Below are positions 18,019 to 26,801 of a stretch of DNA of 28,257 nucleotides, piece after piece. Numbering within the stretch: the first letter of the stretch is position 1; each line of letters starts with the position of its first letter. The stretch lies in NCBI GenBank assembly GCA_049967655.1, contig JBMFSH010000033.1, positions 1 through 28,257 on the forward strand, read 5' to 3'. Below the pieces are notes generated by a model, which was not told the origin of the DNA, ran no database searches, and saw nothing but the letters and a program-made list of their open reading frames with translations. The position numbers and the translations under genes were made by a program. This stretch comes from Acidobacteriota bacterium (GTDB taxonomy: Bacteria; Acidobacteriota; UBA4820; DSQY01).

Positions 18019-18926
18019 GGCAGGGTCTCCTTACCCATTCGTGGAACGGTGAGCTCCCAGTAGTCCCTTCGCGTCAGCGTGCCCGTCAGGATCGCGCTGA
18101 TTCCCCGGTGCGATAGGTCACGGTACGCCTCTTGAGCCTGGCTTCGGTCCGGGAAGATTCCTATCCAGGAGGAGCCCGATCCGGCTAAGAGCATCCGCCC
18201 GGCTCCACGGAGCGGAGCTGCCCGACGGCCACTCGAACCCTCGTCCCCTTGCTGTTTGAACACCTCCTCAAAACGGTTGAAAAAGTGCCGCTCCGACAAC
18301 GTTCCCTCGACGATCCCTTGGACTAACGCCTCTATTCTATGGGGCGTTCTGGCCCCTGTCAACCTCTCGTCCAGCAGGCGGTAGGCCTCGCCCGTGGGGG
18401 TCCCGGCCGTTCCCGGGAGAACGAGCAGGTGCATGGGGGGTGCGTCGGGCAGGGCGTAGACCTCCTCGCCCCTTCCGGCCCCCAGGGCCGTGCCCCCGAC
18501 GAGAAAGAAGGGGACGTCGCTGCCGAGTCCCCGGGCGAGGTCGGGGAGCAGCTCCGGCGCGGGAGCCAGCCGCCAGAGCCGGCAGAGCCCCAGGAGGGTC
18601 GCGGCGGCGTCGCTGCTGCCCCCTCCCAGGCCCGCCTGCATGGGGATGCGCTTGGCGAGATGGATGCGGGCGCCCTTTCCGCAGCCCGTCGCCTCTTGAA
18701 GGGCCCTGGCCGCCCTGAGGACGAGATTGTCCTCGCCGGTACTCAGGGCTGGATCGCTGCACGTGAGGGCCACCGTGCTGGCGGCGGGGTGGAATTCGAG
18801 CGTGTCGCAGAGCCCGATGGACTGGTACACGGTGCGGACCTCGTGGTAGCCGTCCGGGCGGGGGCCGAGGACCTCCAGCCCCAGGTTGATCTTGGCGTGG
18901 GCCCGGTATCGGATCGGCGCGCTCAT
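18015..18926 (-). CDS. ispE: 4-diphosphocytidyl-2-C-methyl-D-erythritol kinase
   Basis: AKINLGL, DGYHE, NLVLRAA, KRIPMQAGLGGGSSDAA, LGSDVPFF, GSGS. Start 18926 overlaps the upstream stop (ATGA). Confidence 0.95.
   Translation of the reverse strand: MSAPIRYRAHAKINLGLEVLGPRPDGYHEVRTVYQSIGLCDTLEFHPAASTVALTCSDPALSTGEDNLVLRAARALQEATGCGKGARIHLAKRIPMQAGLGGGSSDAAATLLGLCRLWRLAPAPELLPDLARGLGSDVPFFLVGGTALGAGRGEEVYALPDAPPMHLLVLPGTAGTPTGEAYRLLDERLTGARTPHRIEALVQGIVEGTLSERHFFNRFEEVFKQQGDEGSSGRRAAPLRGAGRMLLAGSGSSWIGIFPDRSQAQEAYRDLSHRGISAILTGTLTRRDYWELTVPRMGKETLP
18334..18362 (-). promoter_or_regulatory. Near-consensus sigma-70 promoter inside ispE
   Basis: Minus strand TTGACA-N17-TAGAAT, pointing towards spoVG. 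Confidence 0.75.
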
Positions 18927-19663
18927 GGCTGGACCTCCTCTAGGATCTGGGCCGGATCGGCGGACCGGAGTTCGATCCCCTGCGGGACTTGAAAGATGGC
19001 CGGGCTGAAGGAGCCGCCGCGGGCCGAGGTCATCTTCAGCGTGAGAAGGGTGTGGCCGGGGCCCCGGAGCTCGGCGCGGAGGAAGGGGCACGGCCCCGCG
19101 GGCGAGGGGACCAACTCGGCCCTGCAGCGGCCCAGCCCGTTTCTCCAGACGGCCCGTAGACTTCCACCCGGCCGCACGGTCAGGCCGCCCCGCCCTGGAG
19201 GTGGCCCGCCCTCCAGCAGGAAGAGCAGGTCAGCCGGGGCCCACGGCATGCTACGCGTGGCCTGATTCCATCGGTAGACGAGGCCCGCGGAGGGCGCCAC
19301 GAGGGTGCCTTCCGCCGGGGTCAGCAGGAGGAGCACCTGGGTGGCGCCGAAGGGGTCGCGCAATTCGATGCGCGCCCCCTCTCCGGGGACGACGGCGCAG
19401 CCGCCGAAGGCGGCCAGGGTCCTCCCGCCAAGCCGCAGAGTGGCGGAAAGGGAGGCCGCGTAGGGCACGGCGGAGGGCACGGTGGAGAGCGTGAGGGGCG
19501 GCTTCTGGGTGGCGCAGGCGATGAGGAGGACGGGAAGCAGGAGCAGGAGGGCTTTGGACAATGGATGGTGGATGGACGGCGGAGGGATCCGCCCATCGTA
19601 CCGACACCGCTCCCCGCCAGCCTTTTCAGGAGGCAGCCCGCTACCCCCCTTGCGCCCACTCAA
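18923..19663 (-). CDS. Predicted lipoprotein in the lolB position (possibly LolB/LolA-like fold)
   Basis: Hydrophobic stretch plus lipobox LLIA|C and a beta-rich pattern (RIELRDPFGATQVLLL). Coupled to ispE by ATGA. Start uncertain (TTG 19663 or TTG 19561, the latter giving MSKALLLLLPVLLIAC). Confidence 0.65.
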   Translation of the reverse strand: MSGRKGGSGLPPEKAGGERCRYDGRIPPPSIHHPLSKALLLLLPVLLIACATQKPPLTLSTVPSAVPYAASLSATLRLGGRTLAAFGGCAVVPGEGARIELRDPFGATQVLLLLTPAEGTLVAPSAGLVYRWNQATRSMPWAPADLLFLLEGGPPPGRGGLTVRPGGSLRAVWRNGLGRCRAELVPSPAGPCPFLRAELRGPGHTLLTLKMTSARGGSFSPAIFQVPQGIELRSADPAQILEEVQP

Positions 19664-21356
19664 AGTGCAGCTCCTTGTTGAACTTGGTCATCACGATGGT
19701 GAGGTGGCGCTTCTCTCCGGTCGAGAAGGCGGCGGCCTCCGAGTGGGTCTCGGAGATATTCTGGACCTCCGTGTGGATCTTGAATGAGATGGTGTGCTGG
19801 CCCGGGGGGACGGAAAAAGTCCCGGTATAGGTCGCCGAGCGGAAGGTGAACTTGCGGTGAATGGTGACGGAGGCCACCGGCTTCCCGTCGACCAGGATCT
19901 CGAACTCGCCGCGGAGCACGCCGGAGGTGAAGCTGTAGGTCACCGTGCAGGGCTGGGGGGGCGGAGGAGGAGGCTGAACCGCCGCGGGCTTGACGACCGG
20001 TGCGGGCGGGGCCTGCTTCGGCGGGGCCTGAGGCCGGGGGCGGTAGATGGGCCTGCGGACGGGCTCCTTGGGGACCACCGTGGAGGGGGCGGAAGGGGCG
20101 GGCTGAGCTGGCTCGGCGGAGGAGGCCGCCTCGCCCGCCGGAACTTCCTGGGCGACTTTGGCGGTCAGGACCGCCGCCTGTTCCGAGGCGGTCCTGTGCC
20201 TGAGATAGAGAACCCCGCCCGCGGCCCCCAGCAGGAGCAGCACGGCGAGGAGGCCCCCGCCCGCGATCAGGAGGATCGGCGCCGACCTTCGCGAGGATGG
20301 ACGGGGGGCCGCCGGAACGCCGCCTCCCGCTGCCGCGGCGGGCGGGGACGGGACCGTCCCGGATGCTCCCGCGGCGGGCGCGGTAGGGGAAGCCGGCGAG
20401 GAGAGCTCCGGAGGAGCCTGGACCACCGTGGCTTCGAGGTGCTCCCGGCCGGATGGCGGAGAAAGGACGGCCGTCACCCCCGTCCCGGCGTGGGGCGGGG
20501 CGGAGCCCGCCATGTAGGCGTCGATGTCCTGGACCAGCAGATCGGCCGAGGCGTAGCGCCGCTCCGGATCCTTGGCCATGAGGTAGCGGACGATCTGGTC
20601 CACGTCGGGGGAGAGCTCGGGGCAGCAGGAGAGGACGGAGGGCGGCTCCTCGCTGAGGATCTGGAAGGTGACGGTGGCGATGTCCTCGCCGGGGAAGGGC
20701 TTCCGGCAGGTCAGCATCTCGTACAGGACGCAGCCGAGGGAGAAGAGGTCCGAGCGGCCGTCCACCCCGGGCCCCATGATCTGCTCGGGCGACATGTAGG
20801 CCGGCGTGCCCAGGAACTGCCCCTCGCGGGTGAGCTCCGAGGTGGGGACCTTGGCGATGCCGAAGTCCATGAGCTTGAGGTGGCCGTCCTGGGTCTGGAT
20901 GATGTTGGCCGGCTTGAGGTCCCGGTGGATGACGCCCGCTCTGTGGGCGTAGTTGAGCGCCGAGGCCAGCTCCCGGAAGAGGGGGAGGACCGTGTCCGGG
21001 TCGGCCTTGCGGCCCTGCCGCACCTTCAGGTTCCAGGGGATGCCCTCCACGTACTCCATGGCGATGAACGGCACCCCGCCCAGGGAGCCGTCGTCGGCCT
21101 CGTAGATCGTGACGATGCAGGGGTGGTTGAGCTTGCCGGCGGCCCGGGCCTCGCGGAGAAACCGCTGGCGGAACTCCCGCACCTTGGCCTCCTCAAGGCC
21201 GTCGGGCAGGGCGATGGTCTTGAGGGCGACGTAGCGGTCGATGGTGGGGTCCCGAGCGAGATAGACGAGGCCCATGGAGCCCCTTCCCAGCACCCTCTCG
21301 ATGACGTACTTGCCGATGCGCTCCGGCGTGGAGCCGGGGCGCGAAGGTTCTGTCAC
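19641..21356 (-). CDS. Membrane-anchored Hanks-type Ser/Thr protein kinase with a small C-terminal beta domain
   Basis: LGRGSMGLVY, VALK, HRDLKPANI, DFG, GTPAYMSPEQ, DLFSLG. One TM helix, Pro-rich linker, C-terminal PEGA-like segment. GTGA overlap with the upstream gene. Confidence 0.93.
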   Translation of the reverse strand: MTEPSRPGSTPERIGKYVIERVLGRGSMGLVYLARDPTIDRYVALKTIALPDGLEEAKVREFRQRFLREARAAGKLNHPCIVTIYEADDGSLGGVPFIAMEYVEGIPWNLKVRQGRKADPDTVLPLFRELASALNYAHRAGVIHRDLKPANIIQTQDGHLKLMDFGIAKVPTSELTREGQFLGTPAYMSPEQIMGPGVDGRSDLFSLGCVLYEMLTCRKPFPGEDIATVTFQILSEEPPSVLSCCPELSPDVDQIVRYLMAKDPERRYASADLLVQDIDAYMAGSAPPHAGTGVTAVLSPPSGREHLEATVVQAPPELSSPASPTAPAAGASGTVPSPPAAAAGGGVPAAPRPSSRRSAPILLIAGGGLLAVLLLLGAAGGVLYLRHRTASEQAAVLTAKVAQEVPAGEAASSAEPAQPAPSAPSTVVPKEPVRRPIYRPRPQAPPKQAPPAPVVKPAAVQPPPPPPQPCTVTYSFTSGVLRGEFEILVDGKPVASVTIHRKFTFRSATYTGTFSVPPGQHTISFKIHTEVQNISETHSEAAAFSTGEKRHLTIVMTKFNKELHFEWAQGG

Positions 21357-22309
21357 CGGACCACCTCTCGGAGGGGCAGCATGGTCACTCCCTTCTCGCG
21401 GTAGTAGGGGAGCCTCTCTGCCAGAACCTTGATGGTCTTGGGACGGAGGTGCCCGATGGCCACCATGACGCCCTCTTTCTTCGACCTCGCTACCAGGGAA
21501 TCCAACTGCTTCATGATAGCATCCTCGTCGTCCCGATCGTCAAGGAAGACGGAGCGGTACGCCGTCTTGACGCCCTGCGCCCGGGCGATGTCGTAGGCCA
21601 CCGTCTGGGCGCTCGTGCGGCTGTCCAGGAAATAGAGCCCTCGGCCCTTCAAGAACTCCATGACGGCGAGCATGAGGTCGGGATCGGAGGTGGCCAGGGA
21701 GCCCATATGGTTGTTGATCCCCTCGGCGTGGGGCACGCCCGTCAGGTCCATGGCCAGGATCCTGTCCACCTCGGGGGGCTTCATGCCGCAGAGGATCATG
21801 CCCGCGGTGCCCCTCCAGTGGTTGGCGCTTTCAGGCTCCATGGGCGCGTGGAGGATGACGGGAAAGCCGTGGGCGTGCAGGTATTCGGCGCTGGTCACCG
21901 ATTCGGGCAGGAAGGGAATGATGGCGAAGGTGACCGACTTGGGCAGCTCGGCGGCGGCCTCGTGAACCAGGTCCAGGCGGTATCCCACGTCGTCGATGAC
22001 GATGCAGATGGCGGGCGGTCCCCCGAGGGGAGCGGGGACGTGCGCGGTGCCGCTGGCGGGCGGCGTCTCCGCCCCCTTGGGCTGCGGCGGATAGGCAGGA
22101 GCTTTGAGGGGAGGATGCTCCGGACGCGCCTTGGCGGTGGGCGCCGGGGGAGGTGCGGGCGGCCTGGGTCCGGGCATCAGGAATCCCGGGGCCAGCCGGC
22201 GGAGGACCACGGCGCCCACCAGCGCCGCCGCTATCAGCAGGAGGATCCAGAAAGGGAGCTGGAGGCCGGCGCTCTTCCGGCTCCGGCCCTTAGCTCGCGG
22301 CGGCGCCAT
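21353..22309 (-). CDS. Divergent polysaccharide deacetylase family protein (YibQ-like)
   Basis: N-terminal TM helix and motifs IVIDDVG, LHAPMEP, GINNHMGS, FLDSRT, VFLD, AIGH. Confidence 0.92.
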   Translation of the reverse strand: MAPPRAKGRSRKSAGLQLPFWILLLIAAALVGAVVLRRLAPGFLMPGPRPPAPPPAPTAKARPEHPPLKAPAYPPQPKGAETPPASGTAHVPAPLGGPPAICIVIDDVGYRLDLVHEAAAELPKSVTFAIIPFLPESVTSAEYLHAHGFPVILHAPMEPESANHWRGTAGMILCGMKPPEVDRILAMDLTGVPHAEGINNHMGSLATSDPDLMLAVMEFLKGRGLYFLDSRTSAQTVAYDIARAQGVKTAYRSVFLDDRDDEDAIMKQLDSLVARSKKEGVMVAIGHLRPKTIKVLAERLPYYREKGVTMLPLREVVR

Positions 22310-23432
22310 GGGCCTTGCCCTGGGGTGCGGGGAGGGCCGCCTTGAGCACCTCCTGGTAGGTTTGGAGGTCCGTCTGCCCGGCCGCCGGCGTGAGGTGCAC
22401 GGCCGGTTGCAGGGGCCTGTTCTTCATCGGCTGGCCCTCGGGATCGAGGAAGTAGGCCGTGGTCAGCCTGAGGAGCCCGCCGTTGTCCAGGGGGAACTCC
22501 TCGAAGAGGGGGGCCCAGCCGAAGGTGGGCTCTCCCGCCAGTACCGCGCCCCTTTCCATCAGGGAGAGGGCCAGCACCTCACCGGCGCGGGCGGTGGTCC
22601 CGTTCACCAGGACCCGAAGGGGCCGTCCCGCCAGGTATCCCGGCCCCGCCAACCGCTCCTGGCGGCTGCCCTTGGGGCCCTTGAGGGTGGGTCCGGGGCC
22701 AGGTCCCACCAGCAGGCCGGCCCACCGCAGAGCATCCTGCGTGTCGGCGGGCGCGCAACCCCGCAGGTCCACCACGACCGTCCCTCGGGACCCCTTGAGG
22801 GACTTCACCAGGGCGTCGGAGGGCGAGCTGTCCAGCGCCGCCAGGACCAGGGCCCCTCCGGCGCCCGGAAGGGCTACCCAGCGGGGCTGCGGCGGCGCCT
22901 GCCGCACGAGGGTGACGCTGTAGGATTGCCAGCTGTCCGACTTCATGAAGACGCACGGGACCTTGTCCCCGGCCTTGCCGCGCATGGCCTCCTGGATCTG
23001 GGCGTAGTTCATGTCGTAGGTGGAGCGGTCCCCGATGAAGCGGAGGGCGTCCAGGGGGCGGATGGAGGGGTCCTGTCCGGGAAAGACCGCGAGCACGCGG
23101 GCGAAATCCTGATCCTTCGTGACGTAGAGGGGAAGGACCGGGTCGTCCGGGCGCATGGCCTTGTAGCCGGCCACGTCGGAGGGGGGGATGTAGACGCATT
23201 CGGGCCCCACGCTGGAGGCGGCCCCCTGGAGGGCCCCCTTGATGACGGTTTCGGGCGACTTGGGGTCCACGTAGTCCTTGAGGACCATCCCGAAGACCTT
23301 CTCGAAGAGGCTGAGGGATTCGGGGGACAGCGGGGCGGCGGGCTCTTTCCCCTGGGCCGCGGCGGCCGCCGGCAGGGCGGCCAGCAGCACGAGGACGAGG
23401 AGCCTGCGGAGGGCGTCAGCGCGAAGCGCCAT
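22290..23432 (-). CDS. S41/CtpA-like protein, predicted catalytically inactive
   Basis: Signal peptide, CtpA-like N-terminus (DYVD...GALQG), degenerate PDZ-like region, VVDLRG, LVNGTTARAGE, GEPTFGWA, LRLTTAYFLDP. Lies between envC and the yibQ-like gene. Confidence 0.85.
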   Translation of the reverse strand: MALRADALRRLLVLVLLAALPAAAAAQGKEPAAPLSPESLSLFEKVFGMVLKDYVDPKSPETVIKGALQGAASSVGPECVYIPPSDVAGYKAMRPDDPVLPLYVTKDQDFARVLAVFPGQDPSIRPLDALRFIGDRSTYDMNYAQIQEAMRGKAGDKVPCVFMKSDSWQSYSVTLVRQAPPQPRWVALPGAGGALVLAALDSSPSDALVKSLKGSRGTVVVDLRGCAPADTQDALRWAGLLVGPGPGPTLKGPKGSRQERLAGPGYLAGRPLRVLVNGTTARAGEVLALSLMERGAVLAGEPTFGWAPLFEEFPLDNGGLLRLTTAYFLDPEGQPMKNRPLQPAVHLTPAAGQTDLQTYQEVLKAALPAPQGKAHGAAAS

Positions 23433-24564
23433 GGTGGTCTCCTTTCAGCCAGGGCGCCGGGTCTATGGCCCGCCCCCCCTGGCGAAGTTCGAAATAGAGA
23501 GCGGGTTTCTCGGTAGTGGCGCTCTCGCCCACGGTCCCAAGCTGCGCTCCCTGGGTGAGGGTCTGGCCCTTCTGGACCGTGATCGAATCCAGGTGGGCGT
23601 AGATGGTGAAGAAGCCTCCGGGGTGGCTCAGAATCACGGTGTAGCCGTAACCGGTGAGCCAGTCCGCGTATTCCACGATCCCGTCGAAGACCGCGCGCAC
23701 GGGGCTGCCGAGAGCCGAGGCGATGTCCAGCCCAGGATGCGGCACCCGCGTCTGGAAGCGCGGGTTGATGGTGTCTCCGAAGGGGCGGACCACCACGCCG
23801 CGGCAGGGGAAGGGGAGGCTGCCTTCGGCCAGCGCCATGTTCTTGGAGTAGAGGTCGATGCGCTTGCGGAAGCTGAGGTCGTTCATGTAGCGGTCCATGG
23901 AGCGGGCCGCGGCAAGCCTCTCGTCCAGGGCCTTCTGGGCCGTGGCGCGCTCCAGGCTCAGGTCCCGGAGCATGGCCGAGAGCTGGCCCTGCTCCCCGAG
24001 GAGCGTCTTCCGCTCGGCCTCGGCCTGGCCGGCCTCCTGCTCTAGACTCGCCTTTAGTTGGGTGAGCTCGGCGCGGTTGGCCTCCTGCTCCCGGCGGAGG
24101 CTCACCAGGCTCCTGAGGCTCTCGGCGTCCCTCTGGGCGAGGGCCTGCAGGTAGAGGCCGGCGCTCCGCAGGTCCTGCGTGGACTGGACGGCGAAGTAGA
24201 CGCGGTACTGCTGAAGCACGCCGAGCTCGTACTGCTCCCGCATTCTGAGGATGAGGTAGCGCCGGACCTCGGCCTCCTTCGAAGCCAGGGTCTGGGCCTG
24301 GGCGTCGGCCGCCTGCAGGGCCTCCTGGCTCTCTTCCTGCTTCTGGGCGATGCGCCGAAGCATGGTTTCGTCGAGGCGCACCCGGCGTCGCAGCAGCTCC
24401 AACCGGTCCAGAATGCCCGACTGCTTCGCGGCGATGTCCGCCACCTGGCTGGCCAGCCTGTGCACCTCCTCCTCCAGGGCCCCGGGCTGACCGGTCGGCG
24501 CCGCGGCGAGGGCCGGGAGCAGGAGCAGCAGCAGGGTCCCCGCGGCGAGAGCCCCGGGCTTCAT
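23416..24564 (-). CDS. envC: Murein hydrolase activator EnvC-like protein (coiled coil plus degenerate M23/LytM domain)
   Basis: Signal peptide, long coiled coil, HPGLDI, GYG, YAHL. The final HxH is replaced (ALYFELR), as expected for EnvC. Start 24564 overlaps the upstream stop (ATGA). Confidence 0.85.
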   Translation of the reverse strand: MKPGALAAGTLLLLLLPALAAAPTGQPGALEEEVHRLASQVADIAAKQSGILDRLELLRRRVRLDETMLRRIAQKQEESQEALQAADAQAQTLASKEAEVRRYLILRMREQYELGVLQQYRVYFAVQSTQDLRSAGLYLQALAQRDAESLRSLVSLRREQEANRAELTQLKASLEQEAGQAEAERKTLLGEQGQLSAMLRDLSLERATAQKALDERLAAARSMDRYMNDLSFRKRIDLYSKNMALAEGSLPFPCRGVVVRPFGDTINPRFQTRVPHPGLDIASALGSPVRAVFDGIVEYADWLTGYGYTVILSHPGGFFTIYAHLDSITVQKGQTLTQGAQLGTVGESATTEKPALYFELRQGGRAIDPAPWLKGDHHGASR

Positions 24565-26801
24565 ACGCCCCGCCCCTTCAGCACCGGCTGTCCCTCCAGG
24601 TCGCCTGGAACCGGAACCCCCAGCTGGTTGAGGATGGTGGGGGCCATGTCGATCATGTTCGGGGCCCGGCTCAGTTCCCGGTTGGAGAAAAAGATTCCGG
24701 GCACGAAGGAGGGGTCCAGCGAGCAGTGGTCGCCGCTCCACGCCTTGAGGTTGTCCTCGATGAGCGCCTCGGGCGCCCCGCCCAGGGAGGTCTGCCAGGA
24801 GACCCGGTAGGCGGGCGTGTTGGTCACGCGCAGGTCCGGCGTCAGGTCGGGATCGTACCGCTTGTAGAGCTCGTCGCGCGTGTAGACGGCGAAGACGGGA
24901 TGGGCGCCGTTCTCGGGGTCCACCATCTGGGGCAGCTCCCGCTTGAGCTCGGCGCAGAGCGCGTCGTACTCGGCGCCCGGCGTCACGATGCCGTGCTCCT
25001 CCCGCCCCTTGAGGTTGATGTAGACGTTGCCCAGCCCCAGGGCGTAGGCGCGGGTCTTGGACCAGTCCACGTTCTTGAAGAGCAGCCGGTCGTTGTCGAA
25101 GAGGTCTTCGAGCGACAGGACCCCCGTTCCCGATTGGAGGGTCATGTAGCCGTGGTCGATGAGCCACCGGTTGGTGTTCACGGCCCGGCGGAAGGAGGTG
25201 AAGCCGTGATCCGAGAGCACGATGAGGGTGGCGCCCTTGGGCATCTCGGCCATGGCCTCCCCCACGATGCGGTCCATGCGGATGTAGGCCTGGCGCATGG
25301 CCTCCTGGTACTTGGGCGCCTTGGCCGCGTCGTAGAGCGGGTGGCCGGGGTCCATGTAGCGCCAGAGGACGTGGGCGATGCGGTCGGTGAACTCGTAGAC
25401 CTGGACGTAGAGGTCCCAGTCCCCGTCCTTCAGCAGCCCGTTCATCATGCGCTCGTAGGCGTCCACCGTCTGGTTCATGTCGGAGAGGAACTGCTCCTCG
25501 TCGCACAGGCCGGAGGAGATGGTCCAGGTGTCGACGGCCCAGCCCATGGTCTTGTAGCAGCCGAACCGCTTCATCAGCCGCTCGGCGTAGTCGCGCGGAT
25601 AGGAGATGGGGATGCCCTCGTCATCGGGGTGGAAGTGGATGGGCGACATGTACAGCTTCAGTGACGGCGAGGCGTCCAGCAGGTAGAAGCGCGCCATCCC
25701 CTTGAGGTGGAGGAGCCGGTTGAAGGCGAAGTCCAGGACCACCCACTCGGACCACTGGCCCCTCCTGAGCGTGGCCCGCTGGCCCTGCACCTCGAAGGAG
25801 CAGGTGCCCGCCCCGGCGTCCCACGACACCTTCAGGGGCACGTCCACGGTGGGGCGGACGCCCTCCTTCTGGAGCTTGGCCTCGCACCTCTTCTTCAGCT
25901 CGGCGCGGACCGTGGGATCGGTCGCCCCCGCCCCCGCGTCCTGCACCGCGTACTCGTAGAAGGGCTTGTTGAAGGGGCCCTTGATGGAGACGGTGACGGG
26001 TTGGGCCGCCTGGGGCGGGACGGGCACGATCTCCACGGAGAACTCGTTGTCGCCCGCCGTCAGGGTGGGGTCGGTGGTAAAGATGGTGGGCGTCCCCACG
26101 CGGCCCCGCATGTCCGGGACGCCGAGGCCCGACAGGAGCCTTCCCGCGGGGAAGGGGCGGGCCGGGAAGGTGTCCGGAACGCGGAAGACCAGGCAGCGAT
26201 CTCCCGCCCCCGCCGCGGTCTTCCAAAAGGGCCTTCCCTTCAGGTGGTTGTAGGGCACCGGGAGGCGCGTGGGGAGGTAGGTCGAGATGAAGAGGAACAG
26301 CCCGGCCGCCAGGAGGGCGCCGAGGCCCGCCACCAAGAACAGCAGGGGCCTGGAGGGCCGCCGGAGGACCACCCTCAGGAGCACCACGACGCCCAGGACC
26401 AGGATCATCAGCAGGCCCGGGAAGACCCGCCGGTTCCACCGGCCCAGGAGGAACGGCCGGCTCACCTCCTCCATGAGCGCGAAGCGCGGCTTGTAGCCCT
26501 TGAGATCGCGCACCAGGAAGTCGAAGACCTGGTCCCGCCCCGGGTTCCATCCGGTCTGGAAGGTGCCCCACGATACGGGCGTCTGGGGAGGGTTGGTGAC
26601 CTGGAGGTCGTGGTAGGAGCCCTCTCGGGCCAGGGCGGCCAGGTGCGGGAGGTCTCCCTCGGCCATGTAGCGGCGCACGAGGGTGGGGTCCGCTCCATCA
26701 AAACCCAGCACCACCACCTTGGGCTTGGGAGCGGCGTCAAGAGAGACGAGGGCCGCCGCCGCGAGAAGCAGGGCCGTCAGGGCCGCGCGGAGGCGGTTCA
26801 T
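24561..26801 (-). CDS. Alkaline phosphatase superfamily protein (type I phosphodiesterase/nucleotide pyrophosphatase-like) with an internal two-helix membrane anchor
   Basis: Signal peptide, GFDGAD, PPQTPVSW (nucleophile), DRIAH, SDHG, SGDH. Start 26801 overlaps the purA stop (ATGA). Confidence 0.88.
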   Translation of the reverse strand: MNRLRAALTALLLAAAALVSLDAAPKPKVVVLGFDGADPTLVRRYMAEGDLPHLAALAREGSYHDLQVTNPPQTPVSWGTFQTGWNPGRDQVFDFLVRDLKGYKPRFALMEEVSRPFLLGRWNRRVFPGLLMILVLGVVVLLRVVLRRPSRPLLFLVAGLGALLAAGLFLFISTYLPTRLPVPYNHLKGRPFWKTAAGAGDRCLVFRVPDTFPARPFPAGRLLSGLGVPDMRGRVGTPTIFTTDPTLTAGDNEFSVEIVPVPPQAAQPVTVSIKGPFNKPFYEYAVQDAGAGATDPTVRAELKKRCEAKLQKEGVRPTVDVPLKVSWDAGAGTCSFEVQGQRATLRRGQWSEWVVLDFAFNRLLHLKGMARFYLLDASPSLKLYMSPIHFHPDDEGIPISYPRDYAERLMKRFGCYKTMGWAVDTWTISSGLCDEEQFLSDMNQTVDAYERMMNGLLKDGDWDLYVQVYEFTDRIAHVLWRYMDPGHPLYDAAKAPKYQEAMRQAYIRMDRIVGEAMAEMPKGATLIVLSDHGFTSFRRAVNTNRWLIDHGYMTLQSGTGVLSLEDLFDNDRLLFKNVDWSKTRAYALGLGNVYINLKGREEHGIVTPGAEYDALCAELKRELPQMVDPENGAHPVFAVYTRDELYKRYDPDLTPDLRVTNTPAYRVSWQTSLGGAPEALIEDNLKAWSGDHCSLDPSFVPGIFFSNRELSRAPNMIDMAPTILNQLGVPVPGDLEGQPVLKGRGV

